Shown here: positions 8,711 through 17,883 of the stretch, piece after piece
Layout: each line of letters opens with the position of its first letter
Numbering within the stretch: the stretch's first letter is position 1
DNA from: an uncultured Flavobacteriaceae bacterium
GTDB lineage: Bacteria; Bacteroidota; Bacteroidia; Flavobacteriales; Flavobacteriaceae
Direction of reading: 5' to 3'
Length of the DNA: 64,000 nucleotides
Assembly: GCA_964477735.1 (NCBI GenBank)
Contig: CAYZFD010000001.1
Location: 86,125 to 150,124, forward strand
Made by a program: the position numbers and the translations under genes
The notes under the pieces: model-generated
The model's input: only the letters and a program-made list of their open reading frames with translations
The model's database searches: none
Told to the model about the DNA's origin: nothing

Positions 8711-11700
8711 ATGCGCTTATTTTTTTAAATCGAATGGCCGCTCTTTTGCTCAAATAAAAAGTAACTGGGACAATGATTAGGGTGAGGAAGGTGGCAAAGC
8801 TGAGTCCAAAAATGACGGTCCATGCTAGCGGTCCCCAAAAAATCACGTTGTCTCCTCCTAAATATATTTGTGGGTCTCCTTCAATAAAAAGTGAAAAAAA
8901 GTTGATGTTTAGACCAATTGCCAATGGGATAAGCCCCAAAATAGTGGTAATGGCCGTGAGCAGAACAGGGCGCAACCTGGCTTTTCCACCATTCACAACG
9001 GCTTCAAAAATGACTTCTTTGGGCAGCAATTGATCATCTGCGACAGCTAAGCTAGCGCGTTGACGATCTAACAAAAGCTGGGTGTAATCTAGGAGTACAA
9101 CACTGTTGTTTACCACAATTCCTGCTAAAGAAATGATGCCCATCATGGTCATGATGATGACAAAAGTCATGTTGAAAACAACCAAACCTAAAAAGACCCC
9201 AATAAAACTCAAAAAAATGGTGAGTAGGATGATGATGGGTTTATTGATGGAATTAAACTGAAATACGAGCAGCAGCATGATAAGCATGAGTCCCATTAAC
9301 AATGCTTTAGACAAAAACGCCATGTTTTCATCTTGTTTCTCAATTTCTCCTGTGAAGGCTATGTTCACATCTGTTGGAAGGGCGTAATCTTGAGTGAGCC
9401 CTTTGAGTTGGTTTACAATTTCCACAGCGTTGTAGCCTGGAAGAATAGAAGAATATACAGTTACCAAACGTTTGAGTTGGCGATGCTTTATGGCGCTATA
9501 AGAAACAGTGTTTTGGTGCTGAACTAGTGCGGCCACTGGGACTTCCTTGATACGGCCTGTGGCCTGATCTCTAAAGGTGATGGATTGGTTGAATAAAAGC
9601 TCAGGTTTGTAGCGATCTTCAGCATTAAACCGAACATTAATATCATAATCATCACCATCTTTTTTGTACACACTGGCTTTTTCGCCAAAGAGCGATCGTC
9701 TCAGTTGCAACCCAATCTGACCTGCTGAAATGCCAAGTTCTCCCGCTTTTTGGCGGTCAACCTCAATTCTCATTCCAGGCTTATTGCGGTTGACGTCAAT
9801 TTTAAGTTGTTCAATCCCAGCAACGTTTTTGTCGTTTAGAAATTGGCGTAAACGTTCCGCCTCGAAAATGAGTTGGGCATAATCATCTCCTGTAATTTCT
9901 ATGTTAACGGGATAGCCTGCCGGTGGTCCTGCTTGATCTTTTTCAACAGAAATAGCCACCCCTGGGAACCGTCCAAATAGCGCAGCCTGCACTTTTTGTC
10001 TTAAGGCTTCACTGGATTGCCCCCTTCTATATTTAAACTCTCGCATGGTGGCAGTGATGCGCCCTTTGTGTGGCAATTCTGCCTCTGAGCCACTATCGGT
10101 TTCGGGGTTTCCTGCTCCTGCTCCTACTTGTGCCACAATAGATTCTACCATATAATTTTCATCACCATCCATGTAGAGCGGATCGTTGATGACCTTATAC
10201 ACAATTTGCTCGACCTGTTTTGTGATGGCGTTGGTTTTTTCAATGTCTGTTCCCTGTGGATATTCTATATAAACATTGATTTGATTGGGCTGGTTGTCTG
10301 GAAAAAACTCTACTTTAGGTGCTGCCAGTCCAACAATGACAAAGGTGAGAAACAACAAAACTATTGTGCTCCCAAGAAACAAATAGGCGCGTTTGCCACG
10401 CATGGCAAATCTCAAAAAATGCTCATATTTATTTTCTAACCAAACCAAAAATTGAAATTGAAAATAGGTTGCCCACTTTTTGATGAAGAATTTATAGGTC
10501 CAAAACAGCACCACTATGGCCCACATCAAGCTGCCAAGTCCACGCCAAAAGCCCCCACTAAGCACCAATAATAACCCCATGATCCCTAGAATTCCAGTGA
10601 GGCGCCACAAGCTTTTTTGACTCAAATTTCTGTCTTCTATTTCCATGAAACGGGATACTAGCATGGAGTTGAAGAATATGGCAACGATTAGTGAAGATCC
10701 TAGCACGATTGAGAGTGTGATAGGGAAATAAATCATAAACTCTCCCATGATTCCTGGCCACATGCCTAACGGAAGGAATGCAGCAACAGTTGTTGCGGTT
10801 GAAACTATGATGGGGAATGCAATTTCACCTATCCCAACCTTGGCTGCTTCGATACGGCTCAAACCTTCTTTTTCCATCAGTCGATAAACATTTTCCACCA
10901 CCACAATGCCATTGTCAACCAACATACCCAAGCCCATTACCAGAGCAAACAACACCATGGTGTTCATGGTATAGCCCAAGGTTTGTAATATCATTAACGA
11001 CATAAACATTGACATGGGAATAGCAAAGCCCACAAAGAGCGCATTTCGAAATCCAAGGAAAAACATTAAAACAGTGACTACCAACAACACGCCAAAAAAG
11101 ATGTTGTTCACCAAATCGTTCACTTGGTTTATGGTGAGTGATGACTGATCGTTGGTGATAGAAAGCTTGATGTTATTGCCCCATTCTAGTTGGGCCAAAC
11201 TCACGATGCCACTAATTTTTTCGGCGGCTTCGATCAGGTTTTTCCCAGCTCTTTTTTTCACATCGAGCATCACCACATTTTCGCCTTGCTTCCGAGCATA
11301 AGTTGTTTTTTCCTTTTCTTTAAAACGAATTGTTGCCAAATCCTTGAGGTAAATAGGTCCTTTTTCGTTTTTGACGACAAAGTTTTCCAATTCACGCGGA
11401 TCATCGATTTCTCCTTTAATGCGAATGGTACGGCGCAAACCACTTGCAACAATATTTCCGGCGGCAGTGGTGGTGTTTTCGCGACGAATGGCATTTAGAA
11501 TGTCATCAAAGCTAATTCTTGAGGCTTTCATTTTTTGAATGTCAACCGCCACCTCAATTTCCTTGTCTTGAGCCCCACGAATGTCAACTTCCTTTATTTC
11601 TTCTAGCCTTTCAATTCTATCTTCAAGAATTTGCCCAAGTTCTTTGAGTTGTTCTACTGGTTTATCGGCCTGAATATTCACATTGAGAATGGGCATCTCC

Positions 11701-12152
11701 TCCGACATATTGAGATCGAAAACATTAGGTTCAATTTTAGCATTATTAAAAGTGGGCCAGTCTTCACTAGAAATCACAGCGTCTATGTTGTCTTTCACCT
11801 TTTGCTTGGCACTTTCCACTAAAATATCCTCATCAAATTCGAGTTTTATAATGGCGTAGTCTTCTTGGGAAGTTGAGGTGATTTCAACTAAGTTACTTAT
11901 CCCCTTAACTGCCTCTTCGATAGGGTCTGTGATGAGTCGTTCTACATCTTCTGCGGTGTTTCCAGGATAGGGAATACTGAGAAAGATGTTGGTTTGCTTG
12001 ATTTCGGGAAAATTTTCTCTGGGCATACTAAGGTAAGCCGATAGGCCCATATACAGGAAAATGGCCATGACCACATAAATGATGGTTTTGTGGTCTATTG
12101 CCCAGCTAGAGAGGGCAAATTCCTTATTTTTTTTTGATTTAATCTCAGACAT
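8709..12152 (-). CDS. RND efflux transporter permease (AcrB/HAE family)
   Basis: 1147-aa ORF with two blocks of hydrophobic segments separated by large soluble loops. It is last in a TolC-MFP-RND operon, and its start overlaps the adaptor stop by 1 nt. Confidence 0.9.
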   Translation of the reverse strand: MSEIKSKKNKEFALSSWAIDHKTIIYVVMAIFLYMGLSAYLSMPRENFPEIKQTNIFLSIPYPGNTAEDVERLITDPIEEAVKGISNLVEITSTSQEDYAIIKLEFDEDILVESAKQKVKDNIDAVISSEDWPTFNNAKIEPNVFDLNMSEEMPILNVNIQADKPVEQLKELGQILEDRIERLEEIKEVDIRGAQDKEIEVAVDIQKMKASRISFDDILNAIRRENTTTAAGNIVASGLRRTIRIKGEIDDPRELENFVVKNEKGPIYLKDLATIRFKEKEKTTYARKQGENVVMLDVKKRAGKNLIEAAEKISGIVSLAQLEWGNNIKLSITNDQSSLTINQVNDLVNNIFFGVLLVVTVLMFFLGFRNALFVGFAIPMSMFMSLMILQTLGYTMNTMVLFALVMGLGMLVDNGIVVVENVYRLMEKEGLSRIEAAKVGIGEIAFPIIVSTATTVAAFLPLGMWPGIMGEFMIYFPITLSIVLGSSLIVAIFFNSMLVSRFMEIEDRNLSQKSLWRLTGILGIMGLLLVLSGGFWRGLGSLMWAIVVLFWTYKFFIKKWATYFQFQFLVWLENKYEHFLRFAMRGKRAYLFLGSTIVLLFLTFVIVGLAAPKVEFFPDNQPNQINVYIEYPQGTDIEKTNAITKQVEQIVYKVINDPLYMDGDENYMVESIVAQVGAGAGNPETDSGSEAELPHKGRITATMREFKYRRGQSSEALRQKVQAALFGRFPGVAISVEKDQAGPPAGYPVNIEITGDDYAQLIFEAERLRQFLNDKNVAGIEQLKIDVNRNKPGMRIEVDRQKAGELGISAGQIGLQLRRSLFGEKASVYKKDGDDYDINVRFNAEDRYKPELLFNQSITFRDQATGRIKEVPVAALVQHQNTVSYSAIKHRQLKRLVTVYSSILPGYNAVEIVNQLKGLTQDYALPTDVNIAFTGEIEKQDENMAFLSKALLMGLMLIMLLLVFQFNSINKPIIILLTIFLSFIGVFLGLVVFNMTFVIIMTMMGIISLAGIVVNNSVVLLDYTQLLLDRQRASLAVADDQLLPKEVIFEAVVNGGKARLRPVLLTAITTILGLIPLAIGLNINFFSLFIEGDPQIYLGGDNVIFWGPLAWTVIFGLSFATFLTLIIVPVTFYLSKRAAIRFKKISA

Positions 12153-13315
12153 TATTTGATAATGTTTAATGGTTGACCTTCTGCAACACTTCTGGCACCT
12201 TCGACAATAACCGATTGTCCCGCTTCTAACCCTTGTTCAATTTCTATAAAATCTCCTTGAGAACGGCCTGTTTTCACAAGCACTTTTTGGGCTTTGTTTT
12301 CTCGTGTTGCAACAAAAACATATTCCTCCTCATTGGCATTTTCAGAAATGATGCTTTGGGGAACAAGTAGCGCATTTTCGTTGCGATAATCATTGATTTT
12401 GATTCGAGCATTAAGATTTGGGCTTAACTTTTCATTTGGGTTTGCCAGGGCTACTTCAATCCTAAAACTTCTGTTTTCGGGATTGATGTGCTTTCCTTTT
12501 TGCGTCACTGTAGCCATGAGAGAATCGTTTAAAACAGGAATAAAAACCTTCACTTTAGTTCCCTTTTGTATGGCAGTGAGATAGTTTTCGGGAACTTCTG
12601 CTTCAACATACATTTTCTGGGTGTTAATGACCCTGAAAAGCGGTGTCGAGCCAGGCGCTACTTGCATGCCCACCTCAGCCATCACTTGGTCAACGATTCC
12701 ATTAAAAGGAGCGTGAACTTTAGTTTTTTCTAGTTGATCTTCGAGTTGTTTTATGTTCTGTTGAAGTGTTTGATAGGCTGTTTTGGCTTGCAGAAATTGA
12801 ATTTCAGAACCAATTTTTTGATCCCAAAGCTTCTGCTGACGTTCAAATGTTGTTTTGGCTAATTTATACTGAATTTGTAGTCCTTTGAGTTGATCAGCTA
12901 ATCCACCATCTTCTATCTTCGCTAAAACCTGACCCTTTCTTACCGAAGTTCCTTGCTGAACCAAGACTTGCATGATTTTGCCGCCGTATTCTGGCCCAAC
13001 AAGCATGTTCTGGTCGGTTTTAATCGTGCCCTGAACCTCCGTGTAATGTTCGAATGTTTTTGGGCGAATGGTAACCACAGAAACCAAAGCTTTCTTTTGA
13101 GTGGTGTCGAGGGTTTCCAGCGCTTTTCCTAAGGCATCTATTTCCTTAGAAATTGTGGCTAAAGAGAGCATCAGCTCACTTCGCTTGGCTTCAATTTCAG
13201 CAATATTCTCTGAAGCAATGATGGCACTGGTTGTGTTTTTCTTTTTTTCGCCACAGGCAGCCATCAAAAGGCTTAGGGTAATCAGTGTAAATCCTAGTTT
13301 ATAAAATGTTTTCAT
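12152..13315 (-). CDS. RND efflux periplasmic adaptor (MFP/HlyD family)
   Basis: 387-aa ORF with lipobox LLMAAC, a coiled-coil hairpin (QQNIKQLEDQLEKTK) and a beta-barrel C-terminal part. Confidence 0.85.
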   Translation of the reverse strand: MKTFYKLGFTLITLSLLMAACGEKKKNTTSAIIASENIAEIEAKRSELMLSLATISKEIDALGKALETLDTTQKKALVSVVTIRPKTFEHYTEVQGTIKTDQNMLVGPEYGGKIMQVLVQQGTSVRKGQVLAKIEDGGLADQLKGLQIQYKLAKTTFERQQKLWDQKIGSEIQFLQAKTAYQTLQQNIKQLEDQLEKTKVHAPFNGIVDQVMAEVGMQVAPGSTPLFRVINTQKMYVEAEVPENYLTAIQKGTKVKVFIPVLNDSLMATVTQKGKHINPENRSFRIEVALANPNEKLSPNLNARIKINDYRNENALLVPQSIISENANEEEYVFVATRENKAQKVLVKTGRSQGDFIEIEQGLEAGQSVIVEGARSVAEGQPLNIIK

Positions 13316-14649
13316 TATTTGTTTTTATTGAGTTGGAGGGTTTCGAGTTCGGCCTTTGCGTTGATGAGTTTTATTACGGCCTCTATTTGATTGTTTTGGG
13401 CATTATAGAGTTGGTTTTGAGCTTGAAGTAAATCAAAACTACTGGCAAGCCCTTCTTGATATTTAATTCTATTTTTTTCTTCAATTCGTTGCGCCAATTC
13501 TAAGGCAAGCTGTGCTGTTTCGGCACCTTCTAGTGTAAATTCATAGTCCGATTTTTTAGCATCAAAATCTAATTTCAACTGCTGTTCTGCGGCGTTTAAG
13601 TTGTTTCGACTTTTTTTGAGCTCAATTTTGGCTTGTTGTGTTCTGGCAGTTCTTGCAAAAGCGCTAAAAACAGGGATGCTCAGATTAACACCGACTAGAG
13701 CGGAGCCGAACCAAGCTTGATTTTTTTCCAAAAAATTAAAAGTATTGTTGTTTCCGTCATAGCCTCCGCTAGCAAATGCAGACAAACTCGGCAATGCCTT
13801 AAACCGTTCTAATCTTAATAACAACCTTGATGATTCTACATCGTTTTTGACGATAAGGTAATCGATGTTTTCTTCTAAATCGAAGGTCTTATTAAGGGTT
13901 GTTTCATCGGCACTTAAAACCCATAGATCTTTTAGGTTTTCTGAGAGTTTTAGGGGAGTTTCGAGATCCATGCCCATAACCAATTTTAGCATTTTTGTAG
14001 AAATTTGGGCTACGCGCTCACTGTAGTTTTGTGCATTTTTGAGCTGGTTCAAGGTCAGTTGCAATTGCTCTAAGTCCTCTTCTTCCGAAAAACCACTTTC
14101 AACCATGGCCTGGGTTTGTTTGGTGAGCTGACTCAAAGTTGCTATGTTGTTGTTGAGCACTTCAAGTTGTGAGGTTGCAAGCAAAACGTTGGCATAGGCT
14201 GCAGTAACTTGCTTTTGGAGTTCTATGTCGGTTTTAATTTTAGCCCGATCTGAGATCTCTAAATAAACTTTTGAAGCTTGAACGCCCACTAAATAAGATC
14301 CATTAAAAATGAGCTGATCAACTCTAGCAGAGGCGTTAATACGTTGAGCGGTTCCAAAAGCCACTTGTGCAAAAGTGCCAGGTTCTCCACCAAAAATTTC
14401 TGCAGGAATGAGTGAAATGGGCTGTTGAATGTAGCGGGTATAATCTCCTTTAACAGAAATTTGTGGCAATCCACCAGCAATGGTTTCCCATCGTTTTTTT
14501 TCTGCAATTTGTTTGTCTAAAGATGCATTTACAGCCGTTGGATTGTGAACTAGTGCATAAGAAATGGCTTCATCGAGTGAAAAACTTTGCTGGGCAAAGA
14601 CGTTTGCAAACGATACAAAAACCAATAGAAATAGGGGTTTATTTATCAT
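13315..14649 (-). CDS. TolC-family outer-membrane efflux protein
   Basis: 444-aa ORF with a signal peptide and two OEP-type repeats carrying long coiled-coil stretches. Confidence 0.85.
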   Translation of the reverse strand: MINKPLFLLVFVSFANVFAQQSFSLDEAISYALVHNPTAVNASLDKQIAEKKRWETIAGGLPQISVKGDYTRYIQQPISLIPAEIFGGEPGTFAQVAFGTAQRINASARVDQLIFNGSYLVGVQASKVYLEISDRAKIKTDIELQKQVTAAYANVLLATSQLEVLNNNIATLSQLTKQTQAMVESGFSEEEDLEQLQLTLNQLKNAQNYSERVAQISTKMLKLVMGMDLETPLKLSENLKDLWVLSADETTLNKTFDLEENIDYLIVKNDVESSRLLLRLERFKALPSLSAFASGGYDGNNNTFNFLEKNQAWFGSALVGVNLSIPVFSAFARTARTQQAKIELKKSRNNLNAAEQQLKLDFDAKKSDYEFTLEGAETAQLALELAQRIEEKNRIKYQEGLASSFDLLQAQNQLYNAQNNQIEAVIKLINAKAELETLQLNKNK

Positions 14650-15250
14650 GATGTTTAGAGGTAATAAATTTGTTGAGTTCTGCGATTCCTTTTTCAGTTA
14701 CAATCGCCCTTAGGTGATATTCTAAATAGCTTTCCATTAAATAGTTTGGGCTAAATGTTTCAGCCGGAAAAAGGTCTAAATCCTTGATGCCATTCATACC
14801 ATTAAAGTAGAGTCTTGCAATAAAGTTTGGATTGATGTTGGCACGAAATAAGCCCATCTCCATTCCTTTTTCCAAACTGTGTATAACCGAGTCTAACATG
14901 TAATCGTGCTGTTTTTTTCGAATGGAGAAAAAAATATCAGGATAATATTTCTTGAGTTGATATTGTGGCGACACTTTTTCACCTTTCAAAAAGTGCATCA
15001 CAAAAAGCTTTACTTCGTAGAGTTCTGCAATGGGATGCGCTGCCGCCATTTTGATTTCCGAGATTGATTTTGTAATGGTCTGAAAAATCCCCTCAACGCA
15101 CGCTTCCACCAATTCTTGCTTGTTGGAAAAATGCTGGTAAATGGTTTTTTTGGAAATCCCAAGGCTATTGGAAATGTCGTCCATAGTCACACTCTTAAAT
15201 CCGAGCGTGAGGAATTGCTCAATCGAATGTTCGACAATGAGTGTTTTCAT
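14639..15250 (-). CDS. TetR/AcrR-family transcriptional regulator
   Basis: HTH motif GFKSVTMDDISNSLGISKKTIYQHFSNKQELV. The ORF track extends to 15328, but the ATG at 15250 (MKTLIVEHSIEQ...) fits TetR N-termini and leaves the upstream palindrome and -7 box noncoding. Confidence 0.85.
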   Translation of the reverse strand: MKTLIVEHSIEQFLTLGFKSVTMDDISNSLGISKKTIYQHFSNKQELVEACVEGIFQTITKSISEIKMAAAHPIAELYEVKLFVMHFLKGEKVSPQYQLKKYYPDIFFSIRKKQHDYMLDSVIHSLEKGMEMGLFRANINPNFIARLYFNGMNGIKDLDLFPAETFSPNYLMESYLEYHLRAIVTEKGIAELNKFITSKHHDK

Positions 15251-15258
15251 AGCGGATG

Positions 15259-15300
15259 CAAATATAGACATGGAAACTAAATAAACAAAAAAAGTTTCCA
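15259..15300 (-). promoter_or_regulatory. Candidate promoter (-7 box) plus inverted-repeat operator of the efflux operon
   Basis: The minus strand reads TGGAAACT-N14-AGTTTCCA (15300..15271), then TATATTTG (15266..15259, matching TAnnTTTG), then 8 nt and the ATG at 15250. Confidence 0.4.
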
Positions 15301-15355
15301 AGGTTTTTAAACGTGCATTGCTGTTCATTCAAAAATCGTATTGTAAATTAGCCAC

Positions 15356-16330
15356 ATGCAAGAGATAGGCGTATATCAAAAATTATTCGAGGCGCATTTG
15401 CTGCGTTTTTCGCAAAAGTCAAGCCCCGCGAATCTTTACGAACCCATCGCTTATTTACTCAGTTTAGAGGGTAAACGTTTGCGACCTATATTAGCCCTTA
15501 TGGCCGCCGATTGTTGGGGAACAGATCCTAAGCAAGCACTCCCTGCTGCCCAGGCAGTTGAAATTTTTCACAATTTCACACTTATGCATGACGACATTAT
15601 GGACGCCGCTCCTTTGAGAAGGGGTCAAGCTACTGTACACAAAAAATGGGATGTAAATACAGCAATCCTCTCAGGAGATGCCATGCTCATTGAGGCCTAT
15701 CAATGCCTTGAACCCTATTCCTCGGAATTGTTTATTTCACTGACAAGTTTGCTCAGCAAGACCGCATTAGAGGTCTGTGAAGGTCAACAGTTGGATATGG
15801 ATTTTTCTGTGCAATCCAAGATTAAGTTAGAAGACTATTTAGAAATGATTCGGCTAAAAACCGCTGTTTTGGTGGGGTGTTCACTAAAAATGGGTGCTTT
15901 GGTAGCTTTGGCCACAGAAGAAGAAGCTCAAAAAATCTATGATTTTGGAGTTTTGCTTGGAATTGCTTTTCAAATTCAAGACGACTGGCTCGATGTTTTT
16001 GGAAGTCAATCTGATGTTGGAAAGAAACTGGGAGGAGATATTGTTGAGAATAAAAAAACGATGCTCTATCACATGGCGCTCCAAAAAGCTTCACAGGCAC
16101 AACAAAATGCCCTCATGAAACTTTATGAACCCTCTTCAATGCCCCCCGACGAAAAAATTCGACAAGTGTTGGAAATTTTTGAGGCGACTGAGGCTTCTTC
16201 ACAAACGTTAGCCCAAGTAACACACTTCACGAATGAAGCTTACAAGTGTTTAGATTCATTAAATATTGACACGAATAAAAAGACGCTTTTAAAAGATTTT
16301 GGCAACTGGCTCATGAATCGAAAACACTAA
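15356..16330 (+). CDS. Polyprenyl (farnesyl/geranylgeranyl) diphosphate synthase
   Basis: 324-aa ORF with Asp-rich motifs LMHDDIMD and FQIQDDWLD. Confidence 0.85.
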   Translation: MQEIGVYQKLFEAHLLRFSQKSSPANLYEPIAYLLSLEGKRLRPILALMAADCWGTDPKQALPAAQAVEIFHNFTLMHDDIMDAAPLRRGQATVHKKWDVNTAILSGDAMLIEAYQCLEPYSSELFISLTSLLSKTALEVCEGQQLDMDFSVQSKIKLEDYLEMIRLKTAVLVGCSLKMGALVALATEEEAQKIYDFGVLLGIAFQIQDDWLDVFGSQSDVGKKLGGDIVENKKTMLYHMALQKASQAQQNALMKLYEPSSMPPDEKIRQVLEIFEATEASSQTLAQVTHFTNEAYKCLDSLNIDTNKKTLLKDFGNWLMNRKH

Positions 16331-17047
16331 CTAAACAATCCCTACCAGCATAGCGACAGCCATTGCAATCATGATGGCGTTTTCAATAAAAGTGGCTTCA
16401 GTCATAGGGAGTTTCAAAGCTGTTCCCAAACAAGCACACTGAATTTTTTTCTTTTCTAGTAAAGTTTTTGTTACGCCAAATGTCGTGATCCCCAAAAGAA
16501 CAAGGGTCGTCCAAAGTGCCAACTGTGTCTGCATGCGACTTAGAAATAAGATCCCCAACAAGGTCTCTAAAAAGGGATAGATCCAACCATAAAGATTAAG
16601 GCTTTTGGCCAAGGGATCATACATCTGAAAACTTGCGTGAAAACCTTTTAAATCCAACAGTTTAAAAAAGGCAAAAACAAGAAAGAAAAACCCCATAAAA
16701 TCTAACATCGCTTCCGGCGACAAGGGCCTAGGATAGTGTTTCCAAACCACCCCAACAACAAGGTATATAAAGATGAGAAATAAAGGCCTTAATTGTTTTA
16801 ATTTAGAGGGTGTTTGTGTTTCAAAATTGTTGTAGGGCTCCCCAGTGGTAGTGCTAACACGATATTTATCTGGAAGGTTTTTTTCAAGATCAGCGGCCCG
16901 AAGTGGCTGATCAGTTTGCATTGTAAGTTGGTGTTTTTGAAGAGAAACTTCAACTTTTGCTTTGGGAAAGGCAGCCTGCAATTTTTCTTCAACCGATTTT
17001 CTGCAGCCGTCACAAGTCATGCCTTGTATTTTGAAAGTTTGCTTCAT
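16331..17047 (-). CDS. Heavy-metal-associated (HMA) domain fused to a MauE/DoxX-like membrane domain
   Basis: 238-aa ORF. The N-terminus MKQTFKIQGMTCDGCRKSVEEKL carries the GMTCxxC motif. It is followed by about four hydrophobic segments and a CACLG motif. Confidence 0.65.
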   Translation of the reverse strand: MKQTFKIQGMTCDGCRKSVEEKLQAAFPKAKVEVSLQKHQLTMQTDQPLRAADLEKNLPDKYRVSTTTGEPYNNFETQTPSKLKQLRPLFLIFIYLVVGVVWKHYPRPLSPEAMLDFMGFFFLVFAFFKLLDLKGFHASFQMYDPLAKSLNLYGWIYPFLETLLGILFLSRMQTQLALWTTLVLLGITTFGVTKTLLEKKKIQCACLGTALKLPMTEATFIENAIMIAMAVAMLVGIV

Positions 17048-17058
17048 GAGCTGTTTTT

Positions 17059-17772
17059 TTAGGGTTCCATAGGGATTTCAACAATCAGCACTTTTGCTTC
17101 TGAAAGGGTTTGAATTTCAAAACCTTGGGTGTCCCAAACACCAAGCGCATCTCTTTTTTCAAGTATTTGATTTCCAATTTTAACCGTTCCAGAAATCACA
17201 AAAACATAAGCTCCTTGATTGGTTTTGTGCATTTGGTAATTGGCATCAATTTTGGGCGCTGCATCTAGCATATAAATCCAAGCATCTTGATAAATCCATA
17301 CCCCAGCATCGTCAGCTTTTGGGGAGAGCAACTGATAGCATTTGTTTTTTTGATGCAAGGATGCAATTTCTAATTGTTGATAGCGAGGTTCAACCTGACG
17401 CTGGTTGGGAAAAATCCACAGTTGCAGGAGGTTGATGGGTTGGTCGGAGTTTTTGTTAAATTCACTGTGATGTATTCCCGTTCCAGCACTCATCACCTGA
17501 ATATCACCAGCACTGATAGTGGCCGTATGTCCCATGCTGTCTTTGTGTTCAAGTGCGCCTTCTATAGGAATTGTGATGATTTCCATGTTGTCGTGAGGGT
17601 GGGTGCCAAAGCCCATACCTCCTTGAATAATGTCATCATTGAGAACCCTCAGTGCGCCAAATTGAATGCGTTCGGGATGAAACCATCCGGCAAAACTAAA
17701 GCTGTGTCGGGCTTCGAGCCAACCATGATGGGCATAGCCCCTTGAGTTTGAAGGGTGAAAAACAGTTTTCAT
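17059..17772 (-). CDS. Pirin-family cupin protein
   Basis: 237-aa ORF with HPHDNMEIITIPIEGALEHKDSMGH and a bicupin layout. Confidence 0.85.
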   Translation of the reverse strand: MKTVFHPSNSRGYAHHGWLEARHSFSFAGWFHPERIQFGALRVLNDDIIQGGMGFGTHPHDNMEIITIPIEGALEHKDSMGHTATISAGDIQVMSAGTGIHHSEFNKNSDQPINLLQLWIFPNQRQVEPRYQQLEIASLHQKNKCYQLLSPKADDAGVWIYQDAWIYMLDAAPKIDANYQMHKTNQGAYVFVISGTVKIGNQILEKRDALGVWDTQGFEIQTLSEAKVLIVEIPMEP

Positions 17773-17831
17773 AGCATAAAATTCAAAACCTTTTTGACTT
17801 CAAATTTATAAAATTTGAAGGTCTATTTTTT

Positions 17832-17870
17832 AAAAATAAAGCTTATAAATCCCTTTTAAAGTTTATAAGC
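17832..17870 (-). terminator. Candidate terminator after the M28 peptidase gene
   Basis: A 9-bp stem gcttataaa / tttataagc (17841..17849 with 17862..17870) is followed on the minus strand by tttattttt. The stem is AT-rich, so confidence is moderate. Confidence 0.45.
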
Positions 17871-17883
17871 CATTCCATTTAAT

